Virus record (IMG/VR): IMGVR_UViG_2974596396_000001 | Coordinates: 88,254 to 152,253 of that record | Reading direction: 5' to 3' (one strand) | DNA length: 64,000 bases | From: a virus | Taxonomy: Duplodnaviria > Heunggongvirae > Uroviricota > Caudoviricetes > Ackermannviridae | Shown: positions 47,151-57,175 of the stretch, piece by piece | How positions within the stretch are numbered: position 1 is the stretch's first letter | How the letters are laid out: every line of letters begins with the position of its first letter | Program-made: the position numbers and the translations under genes | Notes under the pieces: model-generated | What the model saw: the letters and a program-made list of their open reading frames with translations, nothing else | The model's database searches: none | What the model was told of the DNA's origin: nothing

Positions 47151-47821
47151 ACTATAAAAGGATACACGACTCCATAATTTCCAGGGCGGTTAATCGGTCA
47201 CTGCCTTCGGGTTACACAGAGAAACATCATATCATTCCTCTTTCCATGGGTGGTAAAGATAGGAAATTTAATATGGTGGTTTTGACAGCGTCAGAACATT
47301 ATATTGTGCATATGTTGTTGGCTAAGATGTTTGGTGAAGTTATGAACAAAGCATTTACCAAAATGAAACATCTTACATCCAATCCATCCAATAACAAGGA
47401 GTTTTCATTAAGAAGGGAAATGATATGCACTATTTCTGGAAACAACGCTAAAAATGAAAGAAACAGAAAGACTCATTCTGATAAAATAAAAGGCCGAAAA
47501 CATACAGAAATTACCAAGAAATCTATTTCGGATTCTATGAAAGGGGTTAATAACCCAATGAAGGGGACCAGTCCTTGGAGAAATCCGACTAATATAAAAC
47601 GGGGTTCTCATAAAAATTGGTTGATAGCGGATAAAATATATGACAAATGGTGTAAGAACAAATCTGTTAGAGTCATAGATTTACTCAATGGAAACGATAT
47701 GCAGACTTCGTATACGACAGTTACAACTATGAAATTGAAATTTGAAGCTGGTTGGGTTCCTAAAGAAGACGAAGATTGGATTATCTTTGTCAAGGAGAAC
47801 AAACATGAAATTTCTCGATGA
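47147..47821 (+). CDS. HNH homing endonuclease
   Basis: YTEKHHIIPLSMGG-N-VVLTASEHYIVH HNH core. Basic C-terminal DNA-binding half. Confidence 0.65.
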   Translation: MNYKRIHDSIISRAVNRSLPSGYTEKHHIIPLSMGGKDRKFNMVVLTASEHYIVHMLLAKMFGEVMNKAFTKMKHLTSNPSNNKEFSLRREMICTISGNNAKNERNRKTHSDKIKGRKHTEITKKSISDSMKGVNNPMKGTSPWRNPTNIKRGSHKNWLIADKIYDKWCKNKSVRVIDLLNGNDMQTSYTTVTTMKLKFEAGWVPKEDEDWIIFVKENKHEISR

Positions 47822-48869
47822 ACAATTTATCAATTATCTTGCCCCGAGATTGGAAAAATTTGTCTGGGAAAGAACTGGTGCCGTTGCGAAATTTCGTTGT
47901 CCTCTATGCGGTGATTCTCAAAAACACGCCAGCAAACGTCGAGGTCATTTCTTCTATGACCATGATGAAGATGTGTTTAGATTTAAATGTTTCAATTGCA
48001 ATGAGATGAGCGGTTGGGCGTTTGAATTCTGGTTGAAGAAGTTTGACGAGCGTCTGTATAATGAATACAACCTTGAAAAATTCAGGATAATGGGGGATAC
48101 CAGTTCCCGCCCGTTACAAAAACTCAAACCATTACAGCGCCTGACCCAGACAGCACGTATCGGTTCTCAGGTCGCCAAACGGGATGAAGAGCACCTTGGG
48201 AATATGATACGCCTTGATCTTCTTGACCGTGATCATATCGCCCGTCGTTACGTTGAAGGCAGGGGAATGCCGGAGAGCACGTTATCTTTGTTATATTACA
48301 GCAGGAATTTTCGTCAAGATCTTCTGAGTTTTGAAACGGATGTTGAGAAGCAAAAGAAGATACCCGAAGATGAGCGGCTGGTAATCCCATTCTGGACCCA
48401 AGACGGGCGCATGAAGATAGTTCAGGGGCGCGCATTCGGCGATAACCTTCCTGATGGGGTATTACGGTATGCCACTGTCAAGCCTAAGAACGAAGATACT
48501 AAGATCTACGGGGAAGAGCGCATCATTTGGAACAAAACAAAGTTGGTAGTAGAAGGTCCAATTGATAGCTTGTTTCTACCTAATTGTCTTGCGACTGCCG
48601 ATGCCGACTTATTAAGTGCTAAGGGGGATATCTATATCCCCGATAACCAATACAGGAACAAACAAGTTTGTGACGGTATACAGAAGATGATAGACAGCGG
48701 AGTCAAAGTCGTTCTGTTTCCACCGGAAATACCGTGGAAGGATATCAATGATATGGTTCGCCCCGACAAGGGAAATATCCCGATACGTGATCTGCTTCAG
48801 ATCATAGCCAAGAACGTATATCAGGGACTGTCGGCGTCCTTACGATTTTCTGACTTGAGGAAGATATGA
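47805..48869 (+). CDS. 61: DNA primase gp61
   Basis: FRCPLCGDS-RGHF-FKCFNC zinc ribbon. The Toprim block EGPIDSLFL is conserved with the T4 gp61 block EGPIDSLFI. Confidence 0.85.
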   Translation: MKFLDEQFINYLAPRLEKFVWERTGAVAKFRCPLCGDSQKHASKRRGHFFYDHDEDVFRFKCFNCNEMSGWAFEFWLKKFDERLYNEYNLEKFRIMGDTSSRPLQKLKPLQRLTQTARIGSQVAKRDEEHLGNMIRLDLLDRDHIARRYVEGRGMPESTLSLLYYSRNFRQDLLSFETDVEKQKKIPEDERLVIPFWTQDGRMKIVQGRAFGDNLPDGVLRYATVKPKNEDTKIYGEERIIWNKTKLVVEGPIDSLFLPNCLATADADLLSAKGDIYIPDNQYRNKQVCDGIQKMIDSGVKVVLFPPEIPWKDINDMVRPDKGNIPIRDLLQIIAKNVYQGLSASLRFSDLRKI

Positions 48870-49075
48870 TGGATTTAAAAGAACTGAATAGTATGGACGA
48901 TGAAGAGATTCTTCGCGGGTATATGCAAGCCCGTGAAGGATATGTCCTATCTGGTTTAGAATCTAAGAGTTTCATCCATGGTTGGAGGAACGGAATGGTG
49001 GACTTCGGCGGTTGTCCTATCACTGAAGAACAAATGAATTTGGCTCGCCAGTATTTGAAAAAGAAGCCGACCTAA
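48866..49075 (+). CDS. Hypothetical small protein
   Basis: ATGA overlap with the primase gene. Confidence 0.4.
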   Translation: MMDLKELNSMDDEEILRGYMQAREGYVLSGLESKSFIHGWRNGMVDFGGCPITEEQMNLARQYLKKKPT

Positions 49076-49168
49076 AACTTTTTAACTCAAAAACCTTCTC
49101 TCTAGGCCTCATTCTACGAGGCCTTTTAAAATACTTCAAAAATAATTTAAAAATTTATTGAAAAAGAC

Positions 49169-49197
49169 TTTACTCTTCAATAATCATGCACTATTAT
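49169..49197 (+). promoter_or_regulatory. Host sigma70-type early promoter
   Basis: TTTACT, 17-nt spacer, TATTAT. AT-rich upstream region. Confidence 0.5.
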
Positions 49198-49274
49198 AGT
49201 TCACATAGGGCGGTACACAACACCCCGCCGAATGAAAAGTGAAACGACCCAACTACATTATGAGGAATTACATC

Positions 49275-49763
49275 ATGGCTACTACCAAAACTCTGATCAC
49301 CAACGGCACCATCTCTTTTGAACTGAACACCGAAGTTGCAAAAGTTGAAATGTTCCGCATCGCTCAGGCAGCTGGCTTCACTGGTGGCAAAACTTCCTTC
49401 ATGAATCTGCTGAACGGCAAAGTGAAAGCGACCAACGGCTTCACCCTGGTAGAGCAGGTTGTCGTAGACAAAGCCGTGGTTGCCAAGACTGCTGACAAAG
49501 TTGGCATGCTGAAAGACCTGGGCCATGACATCCACGTTGTCGAAGCGAATACCGAAACTTACGGCACCATCGTAGTCGGTAAAGGTCGCATTCAGCTGAA
49601 CCCGCTGAACAACGGAACCTTCTCCGTGATGGTATTCCCGAAAAAGGGTTATGACAACAGTGATATCGTGAAAGCCGCTGGCGGTGAAGCGAAATCCCAG
49701 TATGTCAAAATGGGTAAACTGAGCGCCGACGCAGTAGAAACTCTGGTGAATAAACTGGCTTAA
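49275..49763 (+). CDS. Early hypothetical protein
   Basis: GAGGAA RBS. First gene after the early promoter. Confidence 0.5.
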   Translation: MATTKTLITNGTISFELNTEVAKVEMFRIAQAAGFTGGKTSFMNLLNGKVKATNGFTLVEQVVVDKAVVAKTADKVGMLKDLGHDIHVVEANTETYGTIVVGKGRIQLNPLNNGTFSVMVFPKKGYDNSDIVKAAGGEAKSQYVKMGKLSADAVETLVNKLA

Positions 49764-49767
49764 CCGC

Positions 49768-49798
49768 AAGGGGGAAACCTCCCCCTTTCAAAGTTTTG
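49768..49798 (+). terminator. Rho-independent terminator
   Basis: AAGGGGG-AAACCT-CCCCCTT followed by TCAAAGTTTT. Confidence 0.75.
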
Positions 49799-49813
49799 GT
49801 AGGAGAATGAGAC

Positions 49814-50002
49814 ATGAGTAGAGCAATTATCCAAGCCTCTCCTGGCGCTCTATGGGTTGCCGACCGAATTCCCAACGCGCACTTTCCTCAGTTCCAAGAG
49901 GAACTGGAACAAGCGATGTTGAAAATATTTGAAAAATATGGGTATGATTCCGAAGTTAGGACTTCCTTCAAAGAAATCATGCCTGTCGTCGTAGTCAGAT
50001 AA
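49814..50002 (+). CDS. Hypothetical small protein
   Basis: AGGAGAA RBS. Confidence 0.35.
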   Translation: MSRAIIQASPGALWVADRIPNAHFPQFQEELEQAMLKIFEKYGYDSEVRTSFKEIMPVVVVR

Positions 50003-50071
50003 TCGACACTAAATCCTCAAGTTCGACTTTCACTTTAAATACCTTCGCATACATTGCGGAGGTATTTTCTT

Positions 50072-50866
50072 ATGGCCATTCTAAAACTTGGCAACCGAGG
50101 TTCTGAAGTCAAAGCGCTTCAACAAAGCCTCAACAAAATCGGTTTCTCCCTTACAGCCGATGGCATATTTGGTAAAGCAACAGAGAATGCAGTCAAATCC
50201 GTTCAGGCAGGTGCTGGATTGGTTATTGATGGTATTGCTGGGCCAAAGACCTTCTATGCTATCCGCAACGCTGGAGACGCTCATCAGGAACATCTGACCG
50301 AAGCGGACTTGGTTGACGCAGCACGTGAACTTGGTATTGAGCTGGCCAGTATGAAAGCTGTGAATCAGGTAGAATCCCGTGGCACGGGTTTTACCAAAAC
50401 TGGCAAGATCAAAACTCTGTTTGAGCGCCACATCATGTACAAAAAGGTGACGGCCAAATTCGGGCAAGCAAGAGCCAATGCTCTGTACCAACTCTATCCA
50501 ACATTGGTTAACCCCAATTCTGGCGGGTATATCGGCGGAGACGCGGAGTTGGAACGCCTTCAGGGTGCAATCGCCCTTGACGAGGACTGCGCTTACGAGA
50601 GTGCTTCCTACGGCCTATTCCAGATCATGGGGTTCAACTGCCAAATCTGTGGCTATTCAAATGCCAAAGAGATGTTCACTGATTTCCTGACTGGTGAACG
50701 CGCTCACCTTCTGGCATTTGTCAAGTTCATCAAGGCTGATGCCAATATGTGGAAAGCCCTGAAGAACAAAAATTGGGCTGAGTTCGCCCGTCGGTACAAT
50801 GGTCCAGCATACGCCAAGAACCAGTATGACACCAAACTGGCGGTAGCATACAAGAGTTTCTGCTAA
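50072..50866 (+). CDS. Endolysin: N-terminal peptidoglycan-binding domain plus C-terminal N-acetylmuramidase (DUF3380-like)
   Basis: PG_binding_1 signature LGNRGSEVKALQ-L-ADGIFG-T. YGLFQIMGFN muramidase motif. Confidence 0.7.
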   Translation: MAILKLGNRGSEVKALQQSLNKIGFSLTADGIFGKATENAVKSVQAGAGLVIDGIAGPKTFYAIRNAGDAHQEHLTEADLVDAARELGIELASMKAVNQVESRGTGFTKTGKIKTLFERHIMYKKVTAKFGQARANALYQLYPTLVNPNSGGYIGGDAELERLQGAIALDEDCAYESASYGLFQIMGFNCQICGYSNAKEMFTDFLTGERAHLLAFVKFIKADANMWKALKNKNWAEFARRYNGPAYAKNQYDTKLAVAYKSFC

Positions 50867-50872
50867 TTCTCA

Positions 50873-50897
50873 AGGCCGGAAACGGCCTTTTTCTTTA
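50873..50897 (+). terminator. Rho-independent terminator
   Basis: AGGCCG-GAAA-CGGCCT followed by TTTTC. Confidence 0.75.
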
Positions 50898-50973
50898 TCT
50901 GATATACAGGTATGCTGGGCGTGTCGCTTAATTAAAGGTGTCGACAACCCCTGTAGATATAGGAAGGTTCAAC

Positions 50974-51813
50974 ATGCAATCTGCGTCTAAAGTTGTATCC
51001 ATGAAGCCAGCGAAGACAAAATCTGCTCGTAAGAAAGACACCATCCAGAAGGAAGAAGACTGGATGAAGTTTTCCAAAGGCGATTTCAAAATTGCTCCGT
51101 TCAATGGCCTCTCAGAAAATCAGAACCTCGCATATCAATCCGCACTCAATGAACATCTCACTATCGCTATCGGTCCGGCAGGTACAGGCAAATCCTATTG
51201 TGGTGCATCTGCTGCAGCAAAACATCTGATTGACAAAACCATCAACAAGATTATCATCACGCGTTCTCCCCTTCCAACTGGCACCACAGCAGGGTTCCGG
51301 CCTGGTGATACATATGAAAAGTTGATGCCTTATTTGATGCCGCTCATACAGACATTCAAAAAGGTTCTCAAAACAGATACGGGTTCCGACGGTTTCTTCA
51401 ACTATCTGTGGGAGAAACGCATCATAGAAATTCAAGACCTTGAAACTGTAAAGGGGATGACTTTCGATGATTGTTTCCTGATTATCGAAGAGGCGCAGGA
51501 ATGCGATATGGAGCAGCTGAAGAACTTACTGACCCGTGCTTCAGATTCTTCGTACATCTTCGTGAATGGAGATATCAAACAGTCTAACAAGCGACTGCGT
51601 GACAGTGCGTTACAGACGTATGTGGATTCCTTTAAAGACTTCAACAATAAGCTGGAAACAGGTTCCTTGCAAATTGACGGTGTAGAAATCGGAGATGAAT
51701 ATCCAGAGTGGGTTCAACCATTCAGCATCATCGAATTCGATAAGTCTGATCGTAATGGTCGCGGCAACTTCACCCGCCTGATGTTAGAAATTAACGACCT
51801 GTACAACATTTAA
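50974..51813 (+). CDS. phoH: PhoH-like ATPase
   Basis: Walker A GPAGTGKS and the PhoH block IIEEAQE. AGGAAGG RBS. Confidence 0.8.
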   Translation: MQSASKVVSMKPAKTKSARKKDTIQKEEDWMKFSKGDFKIAPFNGLSENQNLAYQSALNEHLTIAIGPAGTGKSYCGASAAAKHLIDKTINKIIITRSPLPTGTTAGFRPGDTYEKLMPYLMPLIQTFKKVLKTDTGSDGFFNYLWEKRIIEIQDLETVKGMTFDDCFLIIEEAQECDMEQLKNLLTRASDSSYIFVNGDIKQSNKRLRDSALQTYVDSFKDFNNKLETGSLQIDGVEIGDEYPEWVQPFSIIEFDKSDRNGRGNFTRLMLEINDLYNI

Positions 51814-51897
51814 ATACCACACGAACTTCCCCGCCGCCTTCAATCCATGGAGGCGGTGTATAATAACAGCCTGCATAAACACAAACCGAGGATCGCT

Positions 51898-54180
51898 ATG
51901 ATTAACATCATAAAGCGGGACGGATCTTCTGTCCCCTTTGACATTGAAAAACTCCATACCGTTATTGAACGAGCATGTGACGGCCTTGAAGGAGTATCGG
52001 TGTCTGAGGTGGAAGCCACATCGAAGATTCAATTCACCGATAACATGAAAACCGAACGCATTCAGGATATCATTATCCAAGCTGCGGCCACCTTAATTTC
52101 TGTTGATAAACCCAACTATCAATATGTTGCTGCCCGCCTGAAGTCGTATGACCTGCGCAAGGTTGTCTATGGTCAGTACAAGCCACCTCATTTGCTGGAT
52201 ATCTTTGCAAAGAACACCAAGCTGGGTGTTTATGACCGCGAATTCCTCGAACTTTACTCTAAAGAAGAATTCGAAGAACTTAACACAGTCATCAACCACA
52301 AACGCGACAAGAATTTCACTTGGGCAGCAATGGGCCAGCTGACTCAAAAATATCTTTTGCGTGATCGTTCTTCTGACAGCAAAGTGTATTATGAAACCCC
52401 TCAAGTCATGTACATGGCAATCGCTATGGCATTATTCTCAGCGTGGGATAAAGAAAGCAGACTGACAATGGTGAAGAAGTTCTATGAATACGCCAGTACA
52501 GGCAAATTCAGTCTTCCAACACCTATTATGTCCGGCGTCCGCACCCCGACCCGACAGTTCAGCTCTTGTGTATTGATCAAAACTGGTGATACATTGGACT
52601 CAATTAATGCCACTGCGAAAAGCATCGTGGATTATGTTTCCAAACGTGCTGGCATCGGATTCGATGTTGGGGCAATTCGTGGCATCGGTAGCCCTATCCG
52701 TAAAGGGGAAATGGTCCATACAGGTCTGGTTCCATTCATCAAGTATTTGACTGGTGCCCTGAAGTCTTGCTCTCAAGGCGGTATCCGTGGTGGATCGGCA
52801 ACATGCTATGTTCCCATCTGGCATTATCAATTTGATGATGTCGTTGTTCTCAAAAACAACCGTGGATTGGAAGAGAACCGTGAACGCCGTATCGACTATG
52901 GGATTCAGATTAACCGCGTCATGTTCGAGCGCCTGGTGAACAAACAGCCTCTATACCTGTTTGATCCAAAAGACAACCGCGAAATGTATGAAGCATTTTT
53001 CGCAGACGTCAATAAATTCCGCGAAATGTACGACAATATGATCAAGGCCGCCGACGCCGGATTATGTCGTTCCAAAAAGCTGCAAGCTGAAGAAGTGTTC
53101 CAAATGCTACTAGACCAGCGTTCTGACACTGGACGGATCTACATCGCATTCGTTGATCACATGAACGAGTATAGTCCGTTCAATTTGGACACGATTTATA
53201 GCTCTAATCTGTGTTTAGAAATCGCGCTCCCGACTCGTGAGTTCCAACAGTATGATGATGAAGATGGTCGCATTGCCCTGTGTACACTCGCATCATTTAA
53301 CCTGACGGCATTTGAAGATCCAACAGAAATGGAAGATGTTGCTTTCGTTCTGGTTTCAGCTTTGGATATGTTGTTGGAATATCAGGACTACCCAGCTCGC
53401 CAAGCCCGTTTGGCCGTAGAAGAATATCGTCCTCTGGGTATCGGTATCGTCAACGTCGCACATTTCCTGGCCAAGAATTTCACGGGTTATGGATCGCCTA
53501 TCGGATTAGAACTTCTAGACAAGTGGATGGCGCATCTTCATTTCTACTTGGTCAAAGCGTCCAACCGTCTGGCCATGCGTTTCGGATCTTGTAAGAAGTC
53601 AACTATCCATGATTCCGGATTTGTAACAGCCGACCTTCAGCCTCTCCCGCTGGACATCCTACCCAATGGCAAAAAGCCTGTTGGGCAAGCCTATGGTCTT
53701 GACTGGGAAGGTCTTAAGCAGAACCTATCAGAGTATGGGATCCGTAACGCCACGTTGTTAGCCGTAGCACCAACTGAAAGCTCCTCTCAAGTGCTGAACG
53801 CAACGAACGGTATAGAGCCACCAAAAGGTCTCATCAGCATCAAAGGCAGCAAGGACGGCGTCTATAAACAGATCGTTCCGGATGTAGAAACCCTTGGTCC
53901 TCTATATGACCTGAAATGGAATCTGGATTGTATTGAATACCTGAAGACGGCTGCGGTCATACAACGTTGGGTAGATCAATCTATCAGCACCAACACATGG
54001 TATGACCCAGAGAAATATCCAGAAGGCAAGATCCCGCGCTCTCTTATGATGCAGGATATTCTGTCTTTCTACATGTGGGGTGGTAAAACTCTGTATTACA
54101 ACACCAACAAAGACTCCAAGGAAGACGAGGAGTTGAAACAAATTGAAGATCCGAATCACTGCGACACCTGTGTTGTCTGA
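51898..54180 (+). CDS. nrdA: Ribonucleotide reductase class Ia alpha subunit NrdA
   Basis: N-terminal ATP cone (IKRDGS-F). Catalytic Cys-containing blocks NLCLEIALP and SCVL. 760 aa, uninterrupted. Confidence 0.9.
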   Translation: MINIIKRDGSSVPFDIEKLHTVIERACDGLEGVSVSEVEATSKIQFTDNMKTERIQDIIIQAAATLISVDKPNYQYVAARLKSYDLRKVVYGQYKPPHLLDIFAKNTKLGVYDREFLELYSKEEFEELNTVINHKRDKNFTWAAMGQLTQKYLLRDRSSDSKVYYETPQVMYMAIAMALFSAWDKESRLTMVKKFYEYASTGKFSLPTPIMSGVRTPTRQFSSCVLIKTGDTLDSINATAKSIVDYVSKRAGIGFDVGAIRGIGSPIRKGEMVHTGLVPFIKYLTGALKSCSQGGIRGGSATCYVPIWHYQFDDVVVLKNNRGLEENRERRIDYGIQINRVMFERLVNKQPLYLFDPKDNREMYEAFFADVNKFREMYDNMIKAADAGLCRSKKLQAEEVFQMLLDQRSDTGRIYIAFVDHMNEYSPFNLDTIYSSNLCLEIALPTREFQQYDDEDGRIALCTLASFNLTAFEDPTEMEDVAFVLVSALDMLLEYQDYPARQARLAVEEYRPLGIGIVNVAHFLAKNFTGYGSPIGLELLDKWMAHLHFYLVKASNRLAMRFGSCKKSTIHDSGFVTADLQPLPLDILPNGKKPVGQAYGLDWEGLKQNLSEYGIRNATLLAVAPTESSSQVLNATNGIEPPKGLISIKGSKDGVYKQIVPDVETLGPLYDLKWNLDCIEYLKTAAVIQRWVDQSISTNTWYDPEKYPEGKIPRSLMMQDILSFYMWGGKTLYYNTNKDSKEDEELKQIEDPNHCDTCVV

Positions 54181-54212
54181 TTAGGTCTATACAACACAAA
54201 CGTTTAATATCA

Positions 54213-54240
54213 GGGGTGATTCGTCACCCCTTATTCATCA
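54213..54240 (+). terminator. Hairpin after nrdA
   Basis: GGGGTGA-TTCG-TCACCCC followed by TTATTC. Confidence 0.5.
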
Positions 54241-54250
54241 GGAAAGAAAC

Positions 54251-55354
54251 ATGAACGAACAAAAGCAATTTTCAGTATTTGACCCATCTTCAGATAATAC
54301 AGGTTTGCCGTTCTTTGGCGACCCTGTGAGCATTCAGCGCTATGACATCGTGGCATGGCCTTTTGTACAGAAGTGGTATGAGAAAGGTCTCAGCCAGTTC
54401 TGGCGTCCGGAAGAAGTGGATGTCACCAAAGACAAAGCAGACTTTGCCACTCTATCCGCTGCGGAACAACACATCTACTTCAGCAACCTGAAACGCCAAA
54501 CCATGCTGGACTCTATTCAGGGCGCTGCTCCGTTCGAAGCGTTTGGCCCATGGGCATCAACACCAGAAGCGCAATTTGCTATTCTGGAGTGGACGCGCCA
54601 AGAAGCCATCCACTCACTATCCTACACGCATATCCTTCGTAACACAGTGAATGATCCTGGTATCGTTTTTGACCATGTTCTGGACGTTCAGGAGATCGTC
54701 GATTGCGCCGGACAGATCAGCGTATACTACGACGACATGGTGCGTTACAGCGGGATGCGTATGGCTGGACGCGCGTTCACCCGTGAAGACATCATGAACG
54801 CCAAGCGTGCATTCTGGCGTGCTCTGTTTGCCGCCAACTCCCTCGAAGGCGTCCGTTTCTATGTTTCATTTGCGTGTTCTTGGGCATTCATGCAATTCCT
54901 CAACAAAATGGAAGGCAACGCTAAAATCATCCGTCAGATTGCTCGTGATGAGCAAGATCACCTCATCCTGACCCAGACTTTCCTGAACCGTCTGCCGCTG
55001 TTGGACCCTGATTTTGCCATTATTAGAGAAGAACTGCGCGGCGAAATGACCCAGATGTATGTCGACGTTGTCAACCAAGAAAAAGAATGGGCGAATTATC
55101 TGTTCAAAGACGGCTCAATGCTGGGACTGAATGCCAATATCCTTCATCAAATGGTGGACTGGTTGGCAACACATCGTATGGGAGCTATTGGCCACCCATA
55201 TCCAGGACAAGCCCGTAAAGACAATCCGGTGCCATGGATAAATGAGTGGCTAGATAATAAAACAATGCAATATGCATTACAGGAAGCGGAAGCCCCTGAT
55301 TATCTGACTGGTGTCCTTACTGGATCAGTCTCCGACGGTCTGAAATTTGCCTAA
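54251..55354 (+). CDS. nrdB: Ribonucleotide reductase beta subunit NrdB
   Basis: Di-iron ligand motifs (E-AIH, E-H). Tyr-radical region. Confidence 0.9.
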   Translation: MNEQKQFSVFDPSSDNTGLPFFGDPVSIQRYDIVAWPFVQKWYEKGLSQFWRPEEVDVTKDKADFATLSAAEQHIYFSNLKRQTMLDSIQGAAPFEAFGPWASTPEAQFAILEWTRQEAIHSLSYTHILRNTVNDPGIVFDHVLDVQEIVDCAGQISVYYDDMVRYSGMRMAGRAFTREDIMNAKRAFWRALFAANSLEGVRFYVSFACSWAFMQFLNKMEGNAKIIRQIARDEQDHLILTQTFLNRLPLLDPDFAIIREELRGEMTQMYVDVVNQEKEWANYLFKDGSMLGLNANILHQMVDWLATHRMGAIGHPYPGQARKDNPVPWINEWLDNKTMQYALQEAEAPDYLTGVLTGSVSDGLKFA

Positions 55355-55363
55355 AGGTGAGAA

Positions 55364-55588
55364 ATGATTACGATTTATTCCAAACAAGGTTGTGCGCAAT
55401 GTTTACAAGCTGAAAACATCTGTCGCATTCGCGGTATTGAACACCAAATTCTGAAGCTAGACAAAGACTACAAGCTGGAAGAATTACAGAAAATCACTGG
55501 TAAGCAACGCATGTCTATGCCCGTGATTGTTCTGGCTGACCAAACCGTGACCGACGTTACTGGACTCGCCGCAAGTTTGAAACGCTGA
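55364..55588 (+). CDS. Glutaredoxin/NrdH-like redoxin
   Basis: 74 aa with CAQC. Lies downstream of nrdAB. Confidence 0.65.
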   Translation: MITIYSKQGCAQCLQAENICRIRGIEHQILKLDKDYKLEELQKITGKQRMSMPVIVLADQTVTDVTGLAASLKR

Positions 55589-55594
55589 TCTTTC

Positions 55595-55618
55595 AAAGCC
55601 CCTCAATGAGGGGCTTTA
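55595..55618 (+). terminator. Hairpin terminator fused to the next promoter
   Basis: AAAGCCCCTC-AAT-GAGGGGCTTT. The 3' arm ends at the -35 TTTACT. Confidence 0.6.
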
Positions 55619-55643
55619 CTTTTGAAACCTTCCCACCTATACT
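55615..55643 (+). promoter_or_regulatory. Host sigma70-type early promoter
   Basis: TTTACT, 17-nt spacer, TATACT. Confidence 0.55.
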
Positions 55644-55693
55644 TCCCAGTAATTCATTGGCCAACGCCACAAATTGAAAGCGGGTACTACATC

Positions 55694-55927
55694 ATGACCA
55701 ACTCTGAAATATATCATGCTTCTATGCATTATCACGACCTACGCGCCCGTCCAGGACACGCCAAACAAAAGGCATTTTGGGTGGCAGAACTCAGATTACG
55801 CCGTGCTGTCGTTAACCACCAAATAATCATGAATCGGAAAAACGACAAATCACCGTTGTTGGCAGATTCTTATCTTGAACTCCGCACAGCCTATGAACAA
55901 GCCAAACAGCACGTAATAGGAGCATAA
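55694..55927 (+). CDS. Early hypothetical basic protein
   Basis: First ATG downstream of the promoter. ORF 55622 begins upstream of the -10 and is too long at its 5' end. Confidence 0.4.
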   Translation: MTNSEIYHASMHYHDLRARPGHAKQKAFWVAELRLRRAVVNHQIIMNRKNDKSPLLADSYLELRTAYEQAKQHVIGA

Positions 55928-55928
55928 T

Positions 55929-56390
55929 ATGTCCAACAAATTACTCACCAACCCCCGCCACAACTTTGGTTATATCCAATTACCAGAAGTGATCGATACG
56001 TTGTTTGCTGAAGACAAGGAAGAAGTTTGTTGGGCACCAGCGACCCTTATTGAACGCGAAATTTTCAAATCTGAAGTAGACGTGATGTTCCGTATCGGTT
56101 CATCCGGAGACCTCCATTATTTGGGGAAAGTGACCGAGTTAAAGACCTGCCATGCTCAAAGATTTTTGCGCATTGACACCACTCAATGTGAAGACTTTTC
56201 ATTCAGCATTCTGCGTGAATATGTTCAGGTCAACCGTCCTGTGTATCAACACCGTCCTTATTTGACGTCGATGCATATAGACAATTATATTTCTGACATT
56301 CATTTACGTGCATCAACTATCCATGAAGAAGATTCTGGTATCGCGGTTGATACAGTACTCAATATGATCGTCATTACTTTGGTGCCGTGA
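55929..56390 (+). CDS. Hypothetical protein
   Basis: GGAG RBS. Confidence 0.45.
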   Translation: MSNKLLTNPRHNFGYIQLPEVIDTLFAEDKEEVCWAPATLIEREIFKSEVDVMFRIGSSGDLHYLGKVTELKTCHAQRFLRIDTTQCEDFSFSILREYVQVNRPVYQHRPYLTSMHIDNYISDIHLRASTIHEEDSGIAVDTVLNMIVITLVP

Positions 56391-56391
56391 T

Positions 56392-56730
56392 ATGTACAAA
56401 TTCCCGATATTAGAAACAGTGTACTCTGTTCACAAAAAGGAAGGTCCATTATTTGAAAATTTGGATATTCTGTTAAAGGAAAATGTCCGTATCCCTCTGG
56501 TTCTAAAGGGAAAGCAAATAGGATATAGCCATGACTGCCAAATAATGCGTTCTGAAGGCACCGACGTCTTACGCATCCGTCTAACATTTGTGTTGACAGG
56601 TAATCTGGACGGTATGGTGGTTAATCTGAAACCAACCACCATAGTCCACAGAACGGGTGGGAAAATATTATATCGTTTATTAACTCATTTTGAGTTGGTG
56701 ACAAAATGCTCTGCCACGGACGTTCTTTAA
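56392..56730 (+). CDS. Hypothetical protein
   Basis: Translationally coupled to the previous gene. Confidence 0.45.
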   Translation: MYKFPILETVYSVHKKEGPLFENLDILLKENVRIPLVLKGKQIGYSHDCQIMRSEGTDVLRIRLTFVLTGNLDGMVVNLKPTTIVHRTGGKILYRLLTHFELVTKCSATDVL

Positions 56731-57144
56731 TCAATTTGTCCGTTTCAACCATATGGTGTCTGTTATCGGCTCTGGGTTGTTGACCACATAGAACGTGATG
56801 GTTACGCCCAGAGAATGATAATCGTCCGACAATGATACATCAACAGATTGCAATTCAGCTCTTGGCTCAAAAAGAGCAATGGCATCTTCAACTTTGTTCT
56901 TCACGTCGACCTGTATCGTGGGATTTGTATTTTCTCCCAGCATGGTATACAACCCCGCCCCAATACTCGGATACGTCGGCCAATCACCTACCGTCGCCAT
57001 CACTATATTACGCACAGATTGTAGTACAGCATAAATGCCTGTTTTCTTAGTGACATCTTTGGTGACCGGATGCATGCCAAACTTCAGGTCAATGTCCTTG
57101 TACTCTTTCATGTTAAACCCCTTTGGATATTGCCTCTCCAGCAC
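56731..57144 (-). CDS. 25: Baseplate wedge protein gp25-like
   Basis: Size and central region resemble T4 gp25. Adjacent to the gp5-like gene on the minus strand. Confidence 0.6.
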   Translation of the reverse strand: MLERQYPKGFNMKEYKDIDLKFGMHPVTKDVTKKTGIYAVLQSVRNIVMATVGDWPTYPSIGAGLYTMLGENTNPTIQVDVKNKVEDAIALFEPRAELQSVDVSLSDDYHSLGVTITFYVVNNPEPITDTIWLKRTN

Positions 57145-57175
57145 GAGAGGGCATTATCTGCCCTCACCAGTGTAA

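Noticed and set aside
55622-55693. Upstream start for the ORF at 55622
   Set aside because: It begins within or upstream of the -10 of the early promoter at 55615-55643, so it would not be on the transcript.
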